From Octopus sinensis (lineage: Eukaryota), in NCBI RefSeq assembly GCF_006345805.1, contig NC_042997.1:172422001-172486000 (forward strand): a stretch of DNA of 64,000 nt, in the 5' to 3' direction. The notes under the pieces are model-generated. The model did no database searches and was not told the DNA's origin. It saw only the letters and a program-made list of their open reading frames with translations. Within the stretch, counting starts at the first letter, position 1, and every line of letters begins with the position of its first letter. A program made the position numbers and the translations under genes. Positions 37,781 through 51,250 of the stretch are shown here, one piece after another.

Positions 37781-38428
37781 CTTGGCCTAGTGATAGGTGT
37801 TGCATTCATGATTGCAAGATTGTGGTTTCAATTCCCTGCATTGTGTTCTTGAGCAAAAAAACACTTCAGTTCACATTGCTCTGACATCTGACGTGTGGTA
37901 CACCTTGCACCTGTACAGACAATAGAGATCTGGAGGAGGTAAGTGAATGTACAGCAGAAACATTTGATCACTATAAACAAATCATTTGTGCAGGATCTTC
38001 TGCAAGAAATAGCAGAACTCTCATCTGTTTTCTACAACAGTAAGGTCCACCATGATACTGTTTGATTGTTTGAATATTATACTGGTTCATGTGAAGGTGC
38101 ATGGCTCAGTGGTTAGAGCGTCGAGCCTACAATTGTGAGGTTGTGAGTTCGAATCCCGGACCAGACTGTGTGTTGTGTTCTTGAGCAAGGCACTTTATTT
38201 CACGTTGCTCCAGTTCACTCAGCTGTTGAAATGAGTTGCGACATCACAGGTGCCAAGCTGTATCGGCCTTTGCCTTTCCCTTGGATAACACTGGTGGCAT
38301 GGAGAGGGGCGGTCGGTATGCATGGGCGACTGCTGGTCTTCCATAAACAACCTTGCCTGGACTTGTGTCTGGGAGGGTAACTTTCTAGGTGCAATCCTAT
38401 GGTCAGTCATGACTGAAGGGGGTCTCAG
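37781..38428 (+). mobile_element. Two adjacent group-3 SINEs (about 37781-38065 and 38091-38428)
   Basis: Second copy has TGGCTCAGTGG A-box, AGTTCGAATCC B-box and GTTCTTGAGCAAGGCACTTTA core. Confidence 0.8.
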
Positions 38429-38819
38429 CATATACTGGCTCATTAGTGGTTTGGTTGCTGTTTCTAGCAGGTCAGTCTACCAAATTGTCTTGTCATTCCA
38501 GTATAGTCTTCTCAGTAGTGATTTGATATCAGAACAAGTTACATATAAAATAAAAGTACTTCTAAAACAGAAAGTAGTGCATCAGAAATGTTTAAAGGCT
38601 TAGATAGCATAACAACCAAAAATGTATATGAGAATAGTCTTTCAAATATAAATAAGCAAGAATTCTTTCTTTGTTGGGGTACATCATAAAAGCAAAATGT
38701 ATTTACAGAATGTATGCATTAAAACTATTTATGAAGGCCACAGTTTGTAATTATAGTTTACTAAAAGTTCAGTGTCTAACTGGATCATTTTTTTTTTTCC
38801 AAAGAACCTGTAGAAGTCT

Positions 38820-39245
38820 ACTGGTTTTAAGACGTTAAGTGGATTTTTGTTGCAACTGACAGCAAAAAGGCAGATTGTAAGATGATTGGGCTACACCATT
38901 AAGTACTTCTGAAAAATATAGACAGGTAAAGTAGAGGGGCCTGTAGCATCTAAAAGGAATGAAGTGTGGATTCATTGGATGTAGAATGCAAACTTATGGA
39001 ATGTATTGATTTTGGATAATCAGCTAATGTATGCCAGTAAGAGACAACCGAGCTATTATGGACATGTAATGTGAATGGAAGGTGAGAGCTGGGTGAAAAC
39101 ATACTGTCTGCTGCTGACAGTGAAAGGTACCTGCAGCAGAGAGAGGATATGAGAAGTAGTAAGGTCAGATATCTGGATGTTGGGCATTGGAGACAAGATA
39201 GATGAAAATATTGAGAGAAGTGGTGACATGTAATAGAGTAGACTT
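38820..39245 (+). mobile_element. Decayed RTE LINE 3' fragment
   Basis: YYGHVM*MEGESWVKTYCLLLTVKGTC resembles RTE WYGHVMRM..SWVK..TVEGTC. Confidence 0.65.
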
Positions 39246-41197
39246 CTCACTATCACCACTGCCATTGTGTAAGAAATAAACATTAAAATGAGGATGATAG
39301 TGAAAAAAGAAGAGAGACAATTCTTTTTCCCAAACTGCGTTGGACTGCCCCTTGTTCTATAATACAAATTTTGTGTTTTAAAGGCATCTAAATTAAAGCC
39401 CAACAAAATTTCATGTTAATTTATGTTGTAAATATTAGCTTTATAACAACAAAGTTATTTTGCTAAATTTTTAATTATTTTCAAAATTAATTAAAATAAA
39501 GTCAGTGTGCTTCTTCGGAAATGTTGTCAGAAAAGTGATAAGGAATAGAAAGATGAAAAGCATCATAAGAGACTCAAGTTTCTGTTTCTAAGAATTATTA
39601 GCTTTTTTTTTTTTTCTTGTAATATTAAATAATTAGAATTAACATATTTTGCAGCTCAGTATCTGCTGTAAATCTGGATATATTTTAACTAAAGAAAACT
39701 TGGAGAGTAATTAATAACAGTAATTTGAGTCAACTTAAAGAGAATTGCAATCAACAGAGAAATTGTCTGATTATTACTACATAATATGATGGAGAGAACA
39801 TGTATATGAAATAATCTTAACAATCATTGAATTACTGTCAAAATGATAAATATTTAAATTTTTCAAAAAAAAAAAAAGAAAAACCTTCTGCAATTTCACT
39901 ATTCATTTATTAGAAAAATAAATTTCCTTAGTTTTATTATGAGTTCAATTATTTTCAAATTAAATGTTATTTCTTTTACTAATACTTTAGTTGGAGATGT
40001 TTGGAGTAGCTTTAAATGATGATAGTAAATTGGTTGTTGAGCTGGTTGTAGTTGCAATGAAATTAATCTTATTTAATTATTAATAGAAACCTGTTGAGTG
40101 ACAGGTCTATCAACTTTTCAGTTCAATTGTCATATGGTTACAGTATTTGGACTATAGGCTCATTAGTCTTATTGGCATCGGGGAAGTAGCTTTACTCAGT
40201 ATGTATTAAGGAAATACTTAGAAACTTAATGTACTATGTATACACAGATCATGCAGTGGTTACATGCACGGGGTGCAGTGGAAATTCTGGTAGACTGATA
40301 GATAACCAGGACTTAAGAGGCATGTATGAAATGAAATGCTTGAATTGCTCTGATGGTTCACTAGTAGTAGGAGATAATTTGTTTCTCAGGTGACTTAATG
40401 AGTGTTGAAGGTAGACGTAATGATAGATCAGAATGAGATGATTGATTGTGGCTGTTTGGTTGTGAATGATTTGGTATGGCTGACTTGTTTTGGCACTGGA
40501 GGTAAACACACACGCACACACTTATAGATGGACAGTGAGAGATATATATTGAGAAAGAAACAATTTATTAATTGAATATGAGTGGCTTAAATACTTTCCC
40601 TCTCCTCATACACGCACAAAGACTCATGTAGCTTTCGACACACTCATACACACAGACGTTCGCACACATACATCACAGGCACACTTGCATGCATGCACAT
40701 CACAGAACACACACACAGAAAGACAAAGACCAAGCAAGCTATTCACCCGTTCAGCTGACTCTTACATGATGCTATTAACTGTGTCGTGCCGGTTGCATTG
40801 CAATGATGTTACACATCCGTACACTTATTACCTTTCTTCTTAGACACCACTAGAATTCGACCTCAAAATCATATGCTTTGTCCTAGGATTCCTATATTTG
40901 AACTGTGAGGAATTACCGAGATGTCCCTGTTCAACATAGACCAGTCTTCTTAGGTCATTGTTTTGACTAAAATTGTTATTGTCGAACAGTTTTTTTTTTG
41001 TTTTTGTTTTTCATGAGAGAAATATACTTACGCACATAAACGTAAAGAAGAGAGTGAGAAGAACAAGAGCATTGAAACATCTGATGTCAAATTACTTGGT
41101 ATCAAATCAGCAACACTAGATAGTCAACACCAAAATGACTGTGCCAAACATTTCTTACCTATGATAGCTTGGTTGAAATTTAGAGAGCTGGTACCTA

Positions 41198-41585
41198 TAC
41201 TCTTTTACTTGTTTCAGTCATTTGACTGCGGCCATGCTGGAGCACCGCCTTTAGTCGAGCAAATCGACCCCAGGACTTATTCTTTGTAAGCCCAGTACTT
41301 ATTCTATCGGTCTCTTTTGCCGAACTGCTAAGTGACGGGGACGTAAACACACCAGCATCGGTTGTCAAGCAATGCTAGGGGGACAAACACAGACACACAC
41401 ACATATATATATACATATATACGACAGGCTTCTTTCAGTTTCCGTCTACCAAATCCACTCACAAGGCATTGGTCGGCCCGGGGCTATAGCAGAAGACACT
41501 TGCCCAAGATGTCACGCAGTGGGACTGAGCCCGGAACCATGTGGTTGGTTAGCAAGCTACTTACCACACAGCCACTCCTGCGCCT
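41198..41585 (-). mobile_element. SINE group 1, full length, young
   Basis: Intact tRNA-like head, CpGs retained, near-identical to 63517-63890. Confidence 0.92.
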
Positions 41586-42179
41586 TATGTTGGTAACAAC
41601 TTTCTCAATTTTTGTAAAAGGCAAAATGTATAAAGCTGAAGTAGGTTTCTCATTCTTACTATGGTATATTTTTTTGAGAAAAATTTCTTTCTATCTTCAA
41701 TCATAAAATCTGTTTTTTCTCACCAAATTGTGTTAATAAGTTATTTCTATTACAAATTATTTCCTTATTTTATTGAGATAATGTGTTTACTTTTATTTTT
41801 CAAATTTAATATTGAAGTACAATCATTTTGTCATACAGTTTAATATTTTTTTAAAAAAAGAAAAGATATTTTATCTTGGTGGTGGAAATTTGTAGTATTA
41901 AAGTTGCTACAGAAGTTCAAAGATCCCCAAATATTCAATAACATATTTTGATAGGACACAAACAAATTTTTCTCAGAAATAATACATTGAATTCAGATTT
42001 AAGTAAAAATAATATCACTGGCTATACCCATGGAAATTCCAAGGTTATTTTTGAAAACTGCAAGATGGTTGAAATGTACAGAAAATCATGGAGTATGTAA
42101 TTTCTTTTCAAATTGTAATTTTTATTGAAACATTTGATTCTATAGATGGCATACAAGTTCATATAGGTAATATTAATGT

Positions 42180-42465
42180 TACAGTCTTAGTGGGATGCTG
42201 GGGCTGGAGAAATCGGTGGAACAGCTGGTAAGAGCAGATGGAGTGCGGTGGTATGGACATGTGTTGAGGAGGGATGAGGATTGTGTTCTGAGGAGAGTGC
42301 TTGAGTTTAAAGTGAATGAACCGTGAAAGCAAGGTCAACCAAAGAAAACATGGAGGAGGAGGTTGGGAGGATTGACTTGAGGAGGGAGGACACCCAAAAC
42401 CAGGTGAGATGGTATGAGAGTGGTTGCTGTAAGATCCAGCCACCCACCCACCTGGATTTAAATTA
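42180..42465 (+). mobile_element. RTE LINE 3' fragment (second family)
   Basis: LVRADGVRWYGHVLRRDEDCVLRRVLEFKV; homologous to 55480-55870. Confidence 0.75.
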
Positions 42466-42984
42466 TTGGAATTCAGTCTTAGTGGAGAACATCTTTGGAA
42501 GCTGTATTCTTTGTTATACACTTGTTAACTCTTCTTAGGTATTGTTATCCATTATTCTTCATTTACATCAAGAACTAATCAATTGAAATCAAGCACATTA
42601 CCTATATTATTTTGCTACTGTATGATTATGTTGGTAAAGCTTTGATAAATCTTAATATTGTGTTATGTTGTATTTTCATAATTGAGAAAAAAGTTCATAT
42701 TGGTTAATCCACATTTGTATGAGCTGTGGATTCTAAAAAACCATAGAAGCACAAGTATGGGCATATGTTTAAAAAGTTCCTTTCATTATGATATGGTTTT
42801 GGATTCAGTTTCATTGTGTAGAACATCTTGGTCAAGTTTATTCTGTTACAGCTTTGAGTTTATTAATGCCTTGGGTGAAATTTAGTAGACAGAAACTGTA
42901 GTGGAGCCTCTCTCTCTCACACACACATACTCACGTACACCCATGGGTTTATATTTATGTTGCTTAAAAGTGGTTATGTTATTT

Positions 42985-43360
42985 ATGTGTGTGGCAAGAA
43001 GCTTGCTTCCCAATCACTTGATTCCAGGTTCAGTCCCATTGCATAGCACTTTGGGCAAGTGTCTTCTATAGGCTCAGGTTGACCAAAGACTTGTAAGTGG
43101 ATTTGGTAGACGGAAACTGAAAGAAGCCAGTCATATATATTTATGTGTATCTGTGTTTGTCCCTCTATCATCGCTTAACAACTGATGCTGGTTTGTTTAT
43201 GACCCCTGTGACTTAGCAGTTTGGCAAACAAGACCAATAGAATAAGTACTAGGTTTACAAAAAATAAGTCCTGGGGTCAATTTCTTCGACAAAAAAACTC
43301 TTTAAGGTGGTGGCTCCAGCATCGCCGCTGTCAAATGACTGAAACAAATAAAAAGAAAAA
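42985..43360 (+). mobile_element. SINE group 1
   Basis: Head, (TA/TG) middle and tail all present. Confidence 0.85.
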
Positions 43361-43972
43361 AACATATCACTTCAACAAAACCACAATAGTTGATGTGCTT
43401 AACTAACTCATTGAAGGCAATGTCCACTATGGCTGCAATCCAGTAACCAATAAAAGAATGTATAAGCCAAACTTAATTTTAAAATATTTGTTTATCAGTT
43501 GATTGCCTTACAAATAGTATAACTGTTATATTTCTAATAGATTATGCCTTTGATTTCATTCCAGAGTTTATCAGTTAGTTGTCTTATGGATAATGTAAAT
43601 TTTATGTTGTTGATTTTGTTTCTCTAGTTAAAGCAGACAGGCAAATATGAAAAGTTTGGTTTAGCAGACAATAATTGTATTAAAGTATATTAATTGCATG
43701 ACATTGAAAACAATTAGTTCAATAAAGGAAAACTACACTGTACACTGCTCCCATCTTCATCAACCAATATCCCTGCAGATAACATCACCACTGTCACTAC
43801 TGTAACAGCTACCACAGCTCTCAGTATGTCACATGTGTGCAATGTTCTCTTTCTCTTACCTCTCATTACTACCGTGTTCCCTCCATGCAACACATTTCTG
43901 TCTGTCTGTCTGTCTGAACATATAATAGTGTTCAATTTCTACCTCTCACTGCTGTTGTATCCTCTCCATTAA

Positions 43973-44193
43973 CCCTTTCATTACTGTATTTATTTTGAGA
44001 TGCTCAGTATTTCTTTCAGTTACTTTAAATATATCAAAGAATTTAGTAAAATAACTTAGTTATCATTAAGCTAGTGTTAGGAACATAAATTGTGACTAAG
44101 GTTTGGTGGAAGATTTTAATTCAAAACTTATGGAAACAAGACATCTGTACTAAAGAGCCAGAGCCGGTTTCAGCCAGGTTGGTAACAAGAGGG
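43973..44193. mobile_element. piggyBac-type MITE (CCCTTTCGTTACC family)
   Basis: TTAA at 43969-43972 and 44194-44197. Confidence 0.85.
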
Positions 44194-46239
44194 TTAAACG
44201 ACATTCATTTTCTCTCTTTTCAACAAACCATTTCACTGCCTCACATACATAGCTACATTAGCAGATTAATATCACAGATACTTGTTACAGGCCGAAAAAC
44301 AGAATAATGGGGTTTATTTGAATTTGGAGTAAATTATGCAAACATTAAATTTCAGTATAAGAATTCAATAATTCCTTGATTGTGGCATTCTTTGTAAAGA
44401 TACTTGATTATGTGTTTGTCTTAAATAATTTTAAAATAACAAAAAAAAATGGTGAAAATAAAGCAAGTATCTGTAACCCTGAGTAACAACTTGATTTAAT
44501 GTAAAATTGATCATCTTAGAGATTGTCTTTGATTTTAACAGACTTAAGATCAAAGCCATTCTACAGCCAAGAGCATCTTGTCTTTTTTTGATTTCTATTT
44601 GTACTGTATCTTGGACTAAATTATCCTATAAGTTCTTCCTGTGTGATCCAATGTTAGTGTGAGAGGGTTTTGTTTACAATCTGTAAATACTTTTATTGGT
44701 TAAATTTGCTTCCTTATTTTCTTATTCTGAAAATAATATCATCATTTAACTATTTTGATACCAACTCACTTGAAAATTCCAATCATTCTTTGATGTAAAA
44801 GAGCCTGTTTTAAAGTGGTTCATATATAAGTAGAACTCTCCATCATAGTCTTTTGATAAATTGCATTTGCCAACATCATTTTACTCTACCGATACTCCTA
44901 ACTCACGAATATCTTCAAAACAAATTGAAACTCAAATAGTGTATTTTGTTAAAAATTTGGTTACAAAAATTTTTAGGTATGTGTGTACTGTATGCATGTA
45001 CTGCATAAATGCACCCATGCCAGTGACATGTAAACAGCACCCAGCACACTGCTAAGTGGTTGGCATTAGGAAGGGCATTCAGCCGTAGAAACCATGCCTC
45101 AACAGGTAGTTGGATTCTGGACTGCTCCCTGCTAGCCAGCTCCATGTCAAACGGTCCAACCTATGCCAGCATAGAAAGTGGACATTAAAAGATGATGATG
45201 ATATATAATATATATCATTATAATCATTTAACAACTACTTTCCTGACATGGGTCAGTTGGAATTTGTTGAGGCAGATTTTCTATGGCTGGATGCCCTTCT
45301 TGTCACCAACCTTCACCTGTTTCCAAGCATGGTAATATTTCCCCATGGCCAGACATGCTTTTCTTGGAGAACTGGAAATTAACATCACCACATGCTTGTT
45401 TACAATCATCACATGATGACAAGACAAGAGTACACACTCACACATGATGGGCAGGCTTACTTCAGTTTCATTTTACTAAATCCATTATTCACAAGACTGG
45501 TCAGCTTGGAGCTATAGTAGAAAATGCTTGTGCAAGTTGCCATGTAGTAGGACTGAACCCAAGAACATATGGTTCAGAAGCAATCTTCTTAACGATACAG
45601 TTATGTGCATGCACACACACACACACAAGTTTTATCATTTAAATTGAAAATAAGGCTGTTTGGATTGTTTAACTTCAATTATTTGTGTTTATTTAATCAT
45701 TTATGACTCAAACTAATAATTGAAGAGAAAACGAATTTTTTTACTCTTAAATTATTTAACTTTAAGTATAAAATTTTAAAGCTTTTGTGCTTAAATTGAT
45801 GCATTTACTGAGAGTATCGATAATACCATGAAAACAAATCTCACTTAATTGAACATTTAAAGCATATTATTGGTTGAGAAGAATGAAGTCATATAGGACT
45901 AATATTTGGTTGAGTATTAGGCAGCAAGCAGGCAAGATCATTAGCATGCAGTACAAAATACTTAATGATACTTTGTTTGTCTTTATTTTGTGAGTTCAAA
46001 TTTCACTGAGGGTGACTTTGCCTTTCATCCTTTTGGGGTGGATAAAATAAGGACAAGTCAAGCACTGGGGTTGATGTAATTTATTTATCCCCTTCCCTGA
46101 AATTGCTGGTCTTGTACCAATATGTGGTTGGGTACTCAAAATATCACAAAATGGAATCACATCTGCAAGGCATCGCATCTATAAGTATGAAAATATTTTG
46201 TTCATGTAGAATTTCTTCCCATTTTTTTTATTATTACAT

Positions 46240-46700
46240 AATCATATAATGATGGTATTCAGTCAATCTTCTGGATTTTCTGTATTGAATGTTCTTGTCA
46301 GTCCATTTCAATTTGATTTAAATCCCAAGAGTGTGCTGTATTTTGTTACTTTTGATAAATCCCTTCATTATTCTTGCAGTATGCTTCAGGTATTTGCCAT
46401 ACTTTCCACAATTAGTCCAAATAACTTCTGACATGTGGAAGCATAGTGTTTTCCAAGATCTTTAGATAGGCAGTACTATTCTTGATATACTTAATTTGGT
46501 GTATGGAACCAACACTCTTTCCAGACAGATTGCCTCCAGCCTTAACATTACCACCATAATGTTTATGGTGAAATTCTTTTACATAACATTGAATATTCCA
46601 GTCATCAGAGACAAATTGAATTTGTACTCCTCCAGCCACAAAATTCTGTTTTTTTTACCAGTTTAGTGACTCCCAATTCATTTTGCTCTTGGCTAAACTG
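46240..46700 (-). mobile_element. Tc1/mariner transposase relic (DDE region)
   Basis: Minus strand: EYKFNL (ESKFNL-like), KHYGGNV..GKSVGSIH..YLKILENTMLPH, KHTARIMK and DLNQIE (PDLNPIE-like), with frameshifts. Confidence 0.75.
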
Positions 46701-46743
46701 AATATGGGTACATAGGTTTTTCAGAGTAATATACAATATTTAA

Positions 46744-46963
46744 CCCTTTAGCATTCAGATTACTCTGTCAAATGTAAAGCCTCTTTAATCACATTGTTTT
46801 AGATTAATTGTACAGCATCTTGTAACTCTGAGATTTTGATGATGTCCCTGTTTATTTTTAGAATGACTTTGTAGAGTAGGTACGAGAGGTCAGAGCTGGC
46901 TGGTTTGAGCATAAAACAGGAAGACAAATTTGGCCTGATATGGCCAGTTTAAACACTAATGGG
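46744..46963. mobile_element. piggyBac-type MITE (CCCTTTAGCA family)
   Basis: TTAA at 46740-46743 and 46964-46967. Confidence 0.85.
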
Positions 46964-47109
46964 TTAATGTGCAACACTTTCCACAAACCCAAACAGTTTT
47001 TGTTGATTTTTAATAGTAGTGACACTAATCTGCATGTACGTATTTCCGTCAAACTTTGTTTAAAATAACAGCAGCAGTCATTTTCCTGTTATTCATCAAC
47101 TAACAGTGA

Positions 47110-47182
47110 ATGCATCGATTCGTCCTTTCAGTTACGTATTTTTTGCTGCTGCCTTGTTTGAGTGAGGTCAGAATAGCTACAA
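47110..47182 (+). CDS. Candidate first coding exon encoding a signal-peptide-like sequence
   Basis: Acceptor-like CTAACAG at 47100-47106, ATG at 47110, MHRFVLSVTYFLLLPCLSEVRIAT, phase-1 donor A|GTGAGC at 47183; local CpG retention. No homology recognised. Confidence 0.22.
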
Positions 47183-48769
47183 GTGAGCAGCAGCAGTTGC
47201 TGAACTTCCAGTTTCAGCAACTACAAGCTTGAAAACTCCAATTCAGTTCATGTAGTTAAGCAATTCTTGATTGCATCGACGATGATAAGCTCTTATTGTT
47301 TATTTTTTAATAACAGATGTTAGGATAATATGTATTCTAATAGTTATTAATAGCTTGTCTTTTTTAGATAGATTATAATTTCAAATGTTGAAATTAGATT
47401 AATATTTTCTAAAATGTTCTTCATTTAAATGATGTCTTTGTTAATATTGTCAAATAATTGCATTATTTTGTATATTTAAAAGAGTAAAAAAATTCTCTTT
47501 TCTTTATATATAGTTGGAATCATGTTTAAATAAACAGAAATAATTAACATTTAATCATCCATATGTTCTTGTCTGTGAACTAAATGATGCCATTGTATGT
47601 ATGTATGTGAGTCTGTATGTGTATGTATTTTTTTTTAGAGATTCACTTAAGAATAAATGTTGAAATACATTTTTATATTTAATCTATGTCTGCTGATGAA
47701 ATGGAAGAGAACCAAGTGGAAGCACCCAGTGGGTTACTGTTTTATAATATAGTTTTGTTAAAACTATGCCACCAGTGCCAAGAAGCCAGTTAACCATAAA
47801 CCATTTCATTGTAAATGTTTCTACAGATATTTGCCAAGATGCCAACCTATGTCAATATATATATATGTAAAAAAATAAGAAAAAAAATTGAAGTTTGTAT
47901 TCCAATTATGCTATAAATTATAATACTTGAATACAATGTATTTCTAGCAGATTTACAGAAATTTGATAAACTGCAGTATTGTATATAGCAAGAAATATGT
48001 AATGAATTTGACTTGTACCAATAATCATATCAATAATTTCATCTTTTAAGAGTTATTTATTATTCATTCAGGTGTGTTACTATTGTTGCCTTTACTACCA
48101 CCACCACCACCACTGCTATTACTATTACATGCAGTGCTTTGTAATACCATTTTATGATATGACTTTGCCTTTGACTTTCTATTTGACATAACTCTTCATC
48201 GTTTTTTGGTTGAATAAAATACATAAGTCACGTTCTGATGTCAGTCTATTCAAGTGACTTACTGTGAGAAAATTTTTGTGGTGCAACAATAAATATATGG
48301 CTACTTTTAAAGTCATTAATATATATGGTTCTTGAATCTAAATTATGTGCCATGGCCACCTTTATTTTATATTATGCTGGGTTTGATTAAATAATTATAA
48401 GCAGTGATTGTTGTTTAGCCCCAGGTAAGCTTCGATTAAGCAGACACAATCAAAGGCATTCTGACCATGTCTATTCCTTTCCCCCTTGCACTGTGTATCT
48501 AGGACTACATAATCCAATGTGTCATATTTTTTTTTAAGACAGTAGGATACAATAAAAGCAGTGGGTTGATGGAATTGTTAGAACAGTGGACAAAGTGCCT
48601 TGTGGTATTTGTTCTTGCTCTGTCCCTATTTTGAGTTTTTTTTTTTAATGATGACACTAGTGTCAATCTATGCCAAATTTTCCTTTTGATATTGGTGTGA
48701 TGGAGAGTGGAGGCTTGTATGAGTGCTTTATGTGAGACTCTCTTGATGAGTTGTAATTAATGTTAATGT

Positions 48770-49520
48770 CTTTTACTGGTTTCAGTCATTAGACTGCAGC
48801 CATGCTGGGGCATCTCCTTGTAGAAATTTTAGTTCAGTGAATCTACCCCATGACTTACTTTTTTAAACCTAGTACTTATTATTCATGTTATTCATCTCTT
48901 GCTGAACTTTTAAGTTATTGGGATGTAAACACACCAACACTGGCCCTCGAGCAGTGGTGGGGAACAAACACAGACACAAAGACACACACATACACATATA
49001 TACAATGGGCTTCTTCCAGCTTCTGTCTACTGAATCCTCTTACAAGGTTTTGGTCGACCCAAGGCTATAATAGAAAGCACTGACCCAAGGTGCCACATAG
49101 TGGGACTGAACCCAAAACCATGTGGTTGGGAAGCAAACTTATTTTTTTTACTGCCCACAAGGAGCTACATACAGAGAGGACAAATGGATTAAGTTGATTA
49201 TATTAACCCCAGTGCATAACTGGTACTTATTTAATCGACCCCAAAAGGATGAAAGGCAAAGTCGACCTCAGCAGAATTTGAACTCTGAATGTAGTGGCAG
49301 ACGAAATACCCACAAGGAGCTAAACACAGAGAGGACAAACAAGGACAGACAAACGGATTAAGTCGATTATATCGACTCCAGTGCATAACTGGTACTTATT
49401 TAATCGACCCCGAAAGGCAAAGTCGACCTCGGCGGAATTTGAACTCGGAATGTAGTGGCTGATGAAATACTGCTAAGCATTTCGCTCGGCGTGCTAATGT
49501 TTCTGTCAGCTTGACACCTT
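48770..49520 (-). mobile_element. Adjacent SINE group 1 (48770-49135) and group 2 (49140-49520)
   Basis: Diagnostic head and core motifs of both groups; the group-2 part is duplicated. Confidence 0.8.
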
Positions 49521-49789
49521 CTTACCATACAACTACTCCTACACCTGTATACTAAGATTTATTCATTAGATCATACCTACAGTTTCCTAAAAATTTGTAA
49601 ACTTGTGCCAGTATGAAAGATTTTTGTTAAGAATGGTAGGAAGTATAAAATGTCTGGCAGAATTTAGTTACATTGAGAGTTCATTTTCTGCAGAAGTTGA
49701 CTTTTCATGTTCTGGGATTAATATAATTGACTTGGCCACTTTCTTTAAAAGTAGTAGTAGTAGCAGTAGCAGCAGCAGTGTGACATGCT

Positions 49790-50550
49790 GGAAGAGCCAT
49801 TACCATGCCAGACAAAACGCTTAGCAGCATATCTTCCAGCTGTTTTATGTCCTGAGTTCAAATTCAACCATGGTTAACTTTGCCCTTCATCCTTTTGGGG
49901 TTGATGAAATAAGTATCAGTTAAGGAGTGAGAATGTAATCGGCTAACCCCTTCCCCTCAAAATTTCAGGCCCTGTGCCTGTAGAAGAAAAGGTTGTTATT
50001 ATTACTATTATTGTAAGGCGGTGAGCTGGCACGCCAGGTAAAATGCTTAGTGGCATTTCATCCATCTTTACGTTCTGAGTTCGTTGGGGTTGATAAAATA
50101 AGTACTATTTGAGCGCTGGAGTTGATGTAATCGACTGATAACCTACCCCGAAATTGCTGGCCTTGTGCCAAAATTTAAAACCATTATTGAACCACATGGT
50201 TCCGGGTTCAGTCCCACTGCATGGCACCTTGGGCAAGTGTCTTCTACTATATCCTCGGGCTGACCAAAGCCTTGTGAGTGGATTTGGTAGACGTAAACTG
50301 AAAGAAGCCCGTTGTATATATGTATGTGTGTGTTTGTGTGTCTGTGTTTGTCCCCCTTCCCAGCATCGCTTGACAGCCAATGCTGCTGTGTTTACATCCC
50401 CGTAACTTAGCGTTTCGGCAAAGAAGACCGATAGAATAAGTACTATGCTTACTAAGAATAAGTCCTGGGGTCGATATGCTCGACTAAAGGCGGTGCTCCA
50501 GCATGGCCGCAGTCAAATGTCTGAAACCAGTAAAAGAGCAAAAGAGTAAA
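49790..50550 (+). mobile_element. SINE cluster: group-2 fragments then group 1 (50186-50550)
   Basis: Core motifs as above. Confidence 0.8.
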
Positions 50551-50894
50551 AAAAAAATGGCCATGGTAGCAAGCTTATCAAGACTAAGTGGAGGTGGACA
50601 GGCTGTGTACAGGATGAAGAGAATCAATTAAGATAATCATTTCCCCTGCTGACTAAATTTATGAAGATTTAAGATGTAACTTATATATACTGAAATATTC
50701 TGGTGTTAGTTCTTAATTTGATTTCCACTATCAAAACCATCACTTGTGGCAACACTCTATTATTTCTCTGTTGACTTCTCCTGGCATCCCTTAGATAAGT
50801 TTTATCTTGTGGACTTGTATATTGGTGTGGTGTTTTTTTTATCTTCTTTTGTATTAGTTTTTAATGTTTTCCTATAGTAGTCTCTGCTGTGTGA

Positions 50895-51027
50895 TTATAT
50901 GCCTGTATGTCGGTGTGTGTATATATATGTATGTTTGTATTTATATATGTGTGTGTATCTGTATATGAATACATATGCATATTTGTACGTATGTATATTT
51001 GTATATATGTGCATGTGTATATATCTA

Positions 51028-51068
<41 letters not shown>

Positions 51069-51071
51069 ATC

Positions 51072-51112
<41 letters not shown>

Positions 51113-51250
51113 ATCTATTTAAGCATGTGAGCTTATAACTGTATATAGTATGTATGTCTATATATAGATATATAGGGTAGTCTTTATACACGCACACACG
51201 TGTGTTTGTGTAATGTATGTATGTGTACATTCATATGCGTATGTTGTGTA
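50895..51250. repeat. (TA)/(TG) compound microsatellite
   Basis: Directly visible. Confidence 0.95.

Noticed and set aside
41362-41706. Recurring ORFs of the ASFSFRLPNPLTR / EDTCPRCHAV type (also 1767, 3597, 50105, 63679)
   Set aside because: Chance open frames in SINE group 1.
49603-49824. 73-aa plus ORF and an antisense KVAKSIILIPEHEK frame
   Set aside because: Runs through an (AGT/AGC)n repeat into a SINE; no support for either strand.
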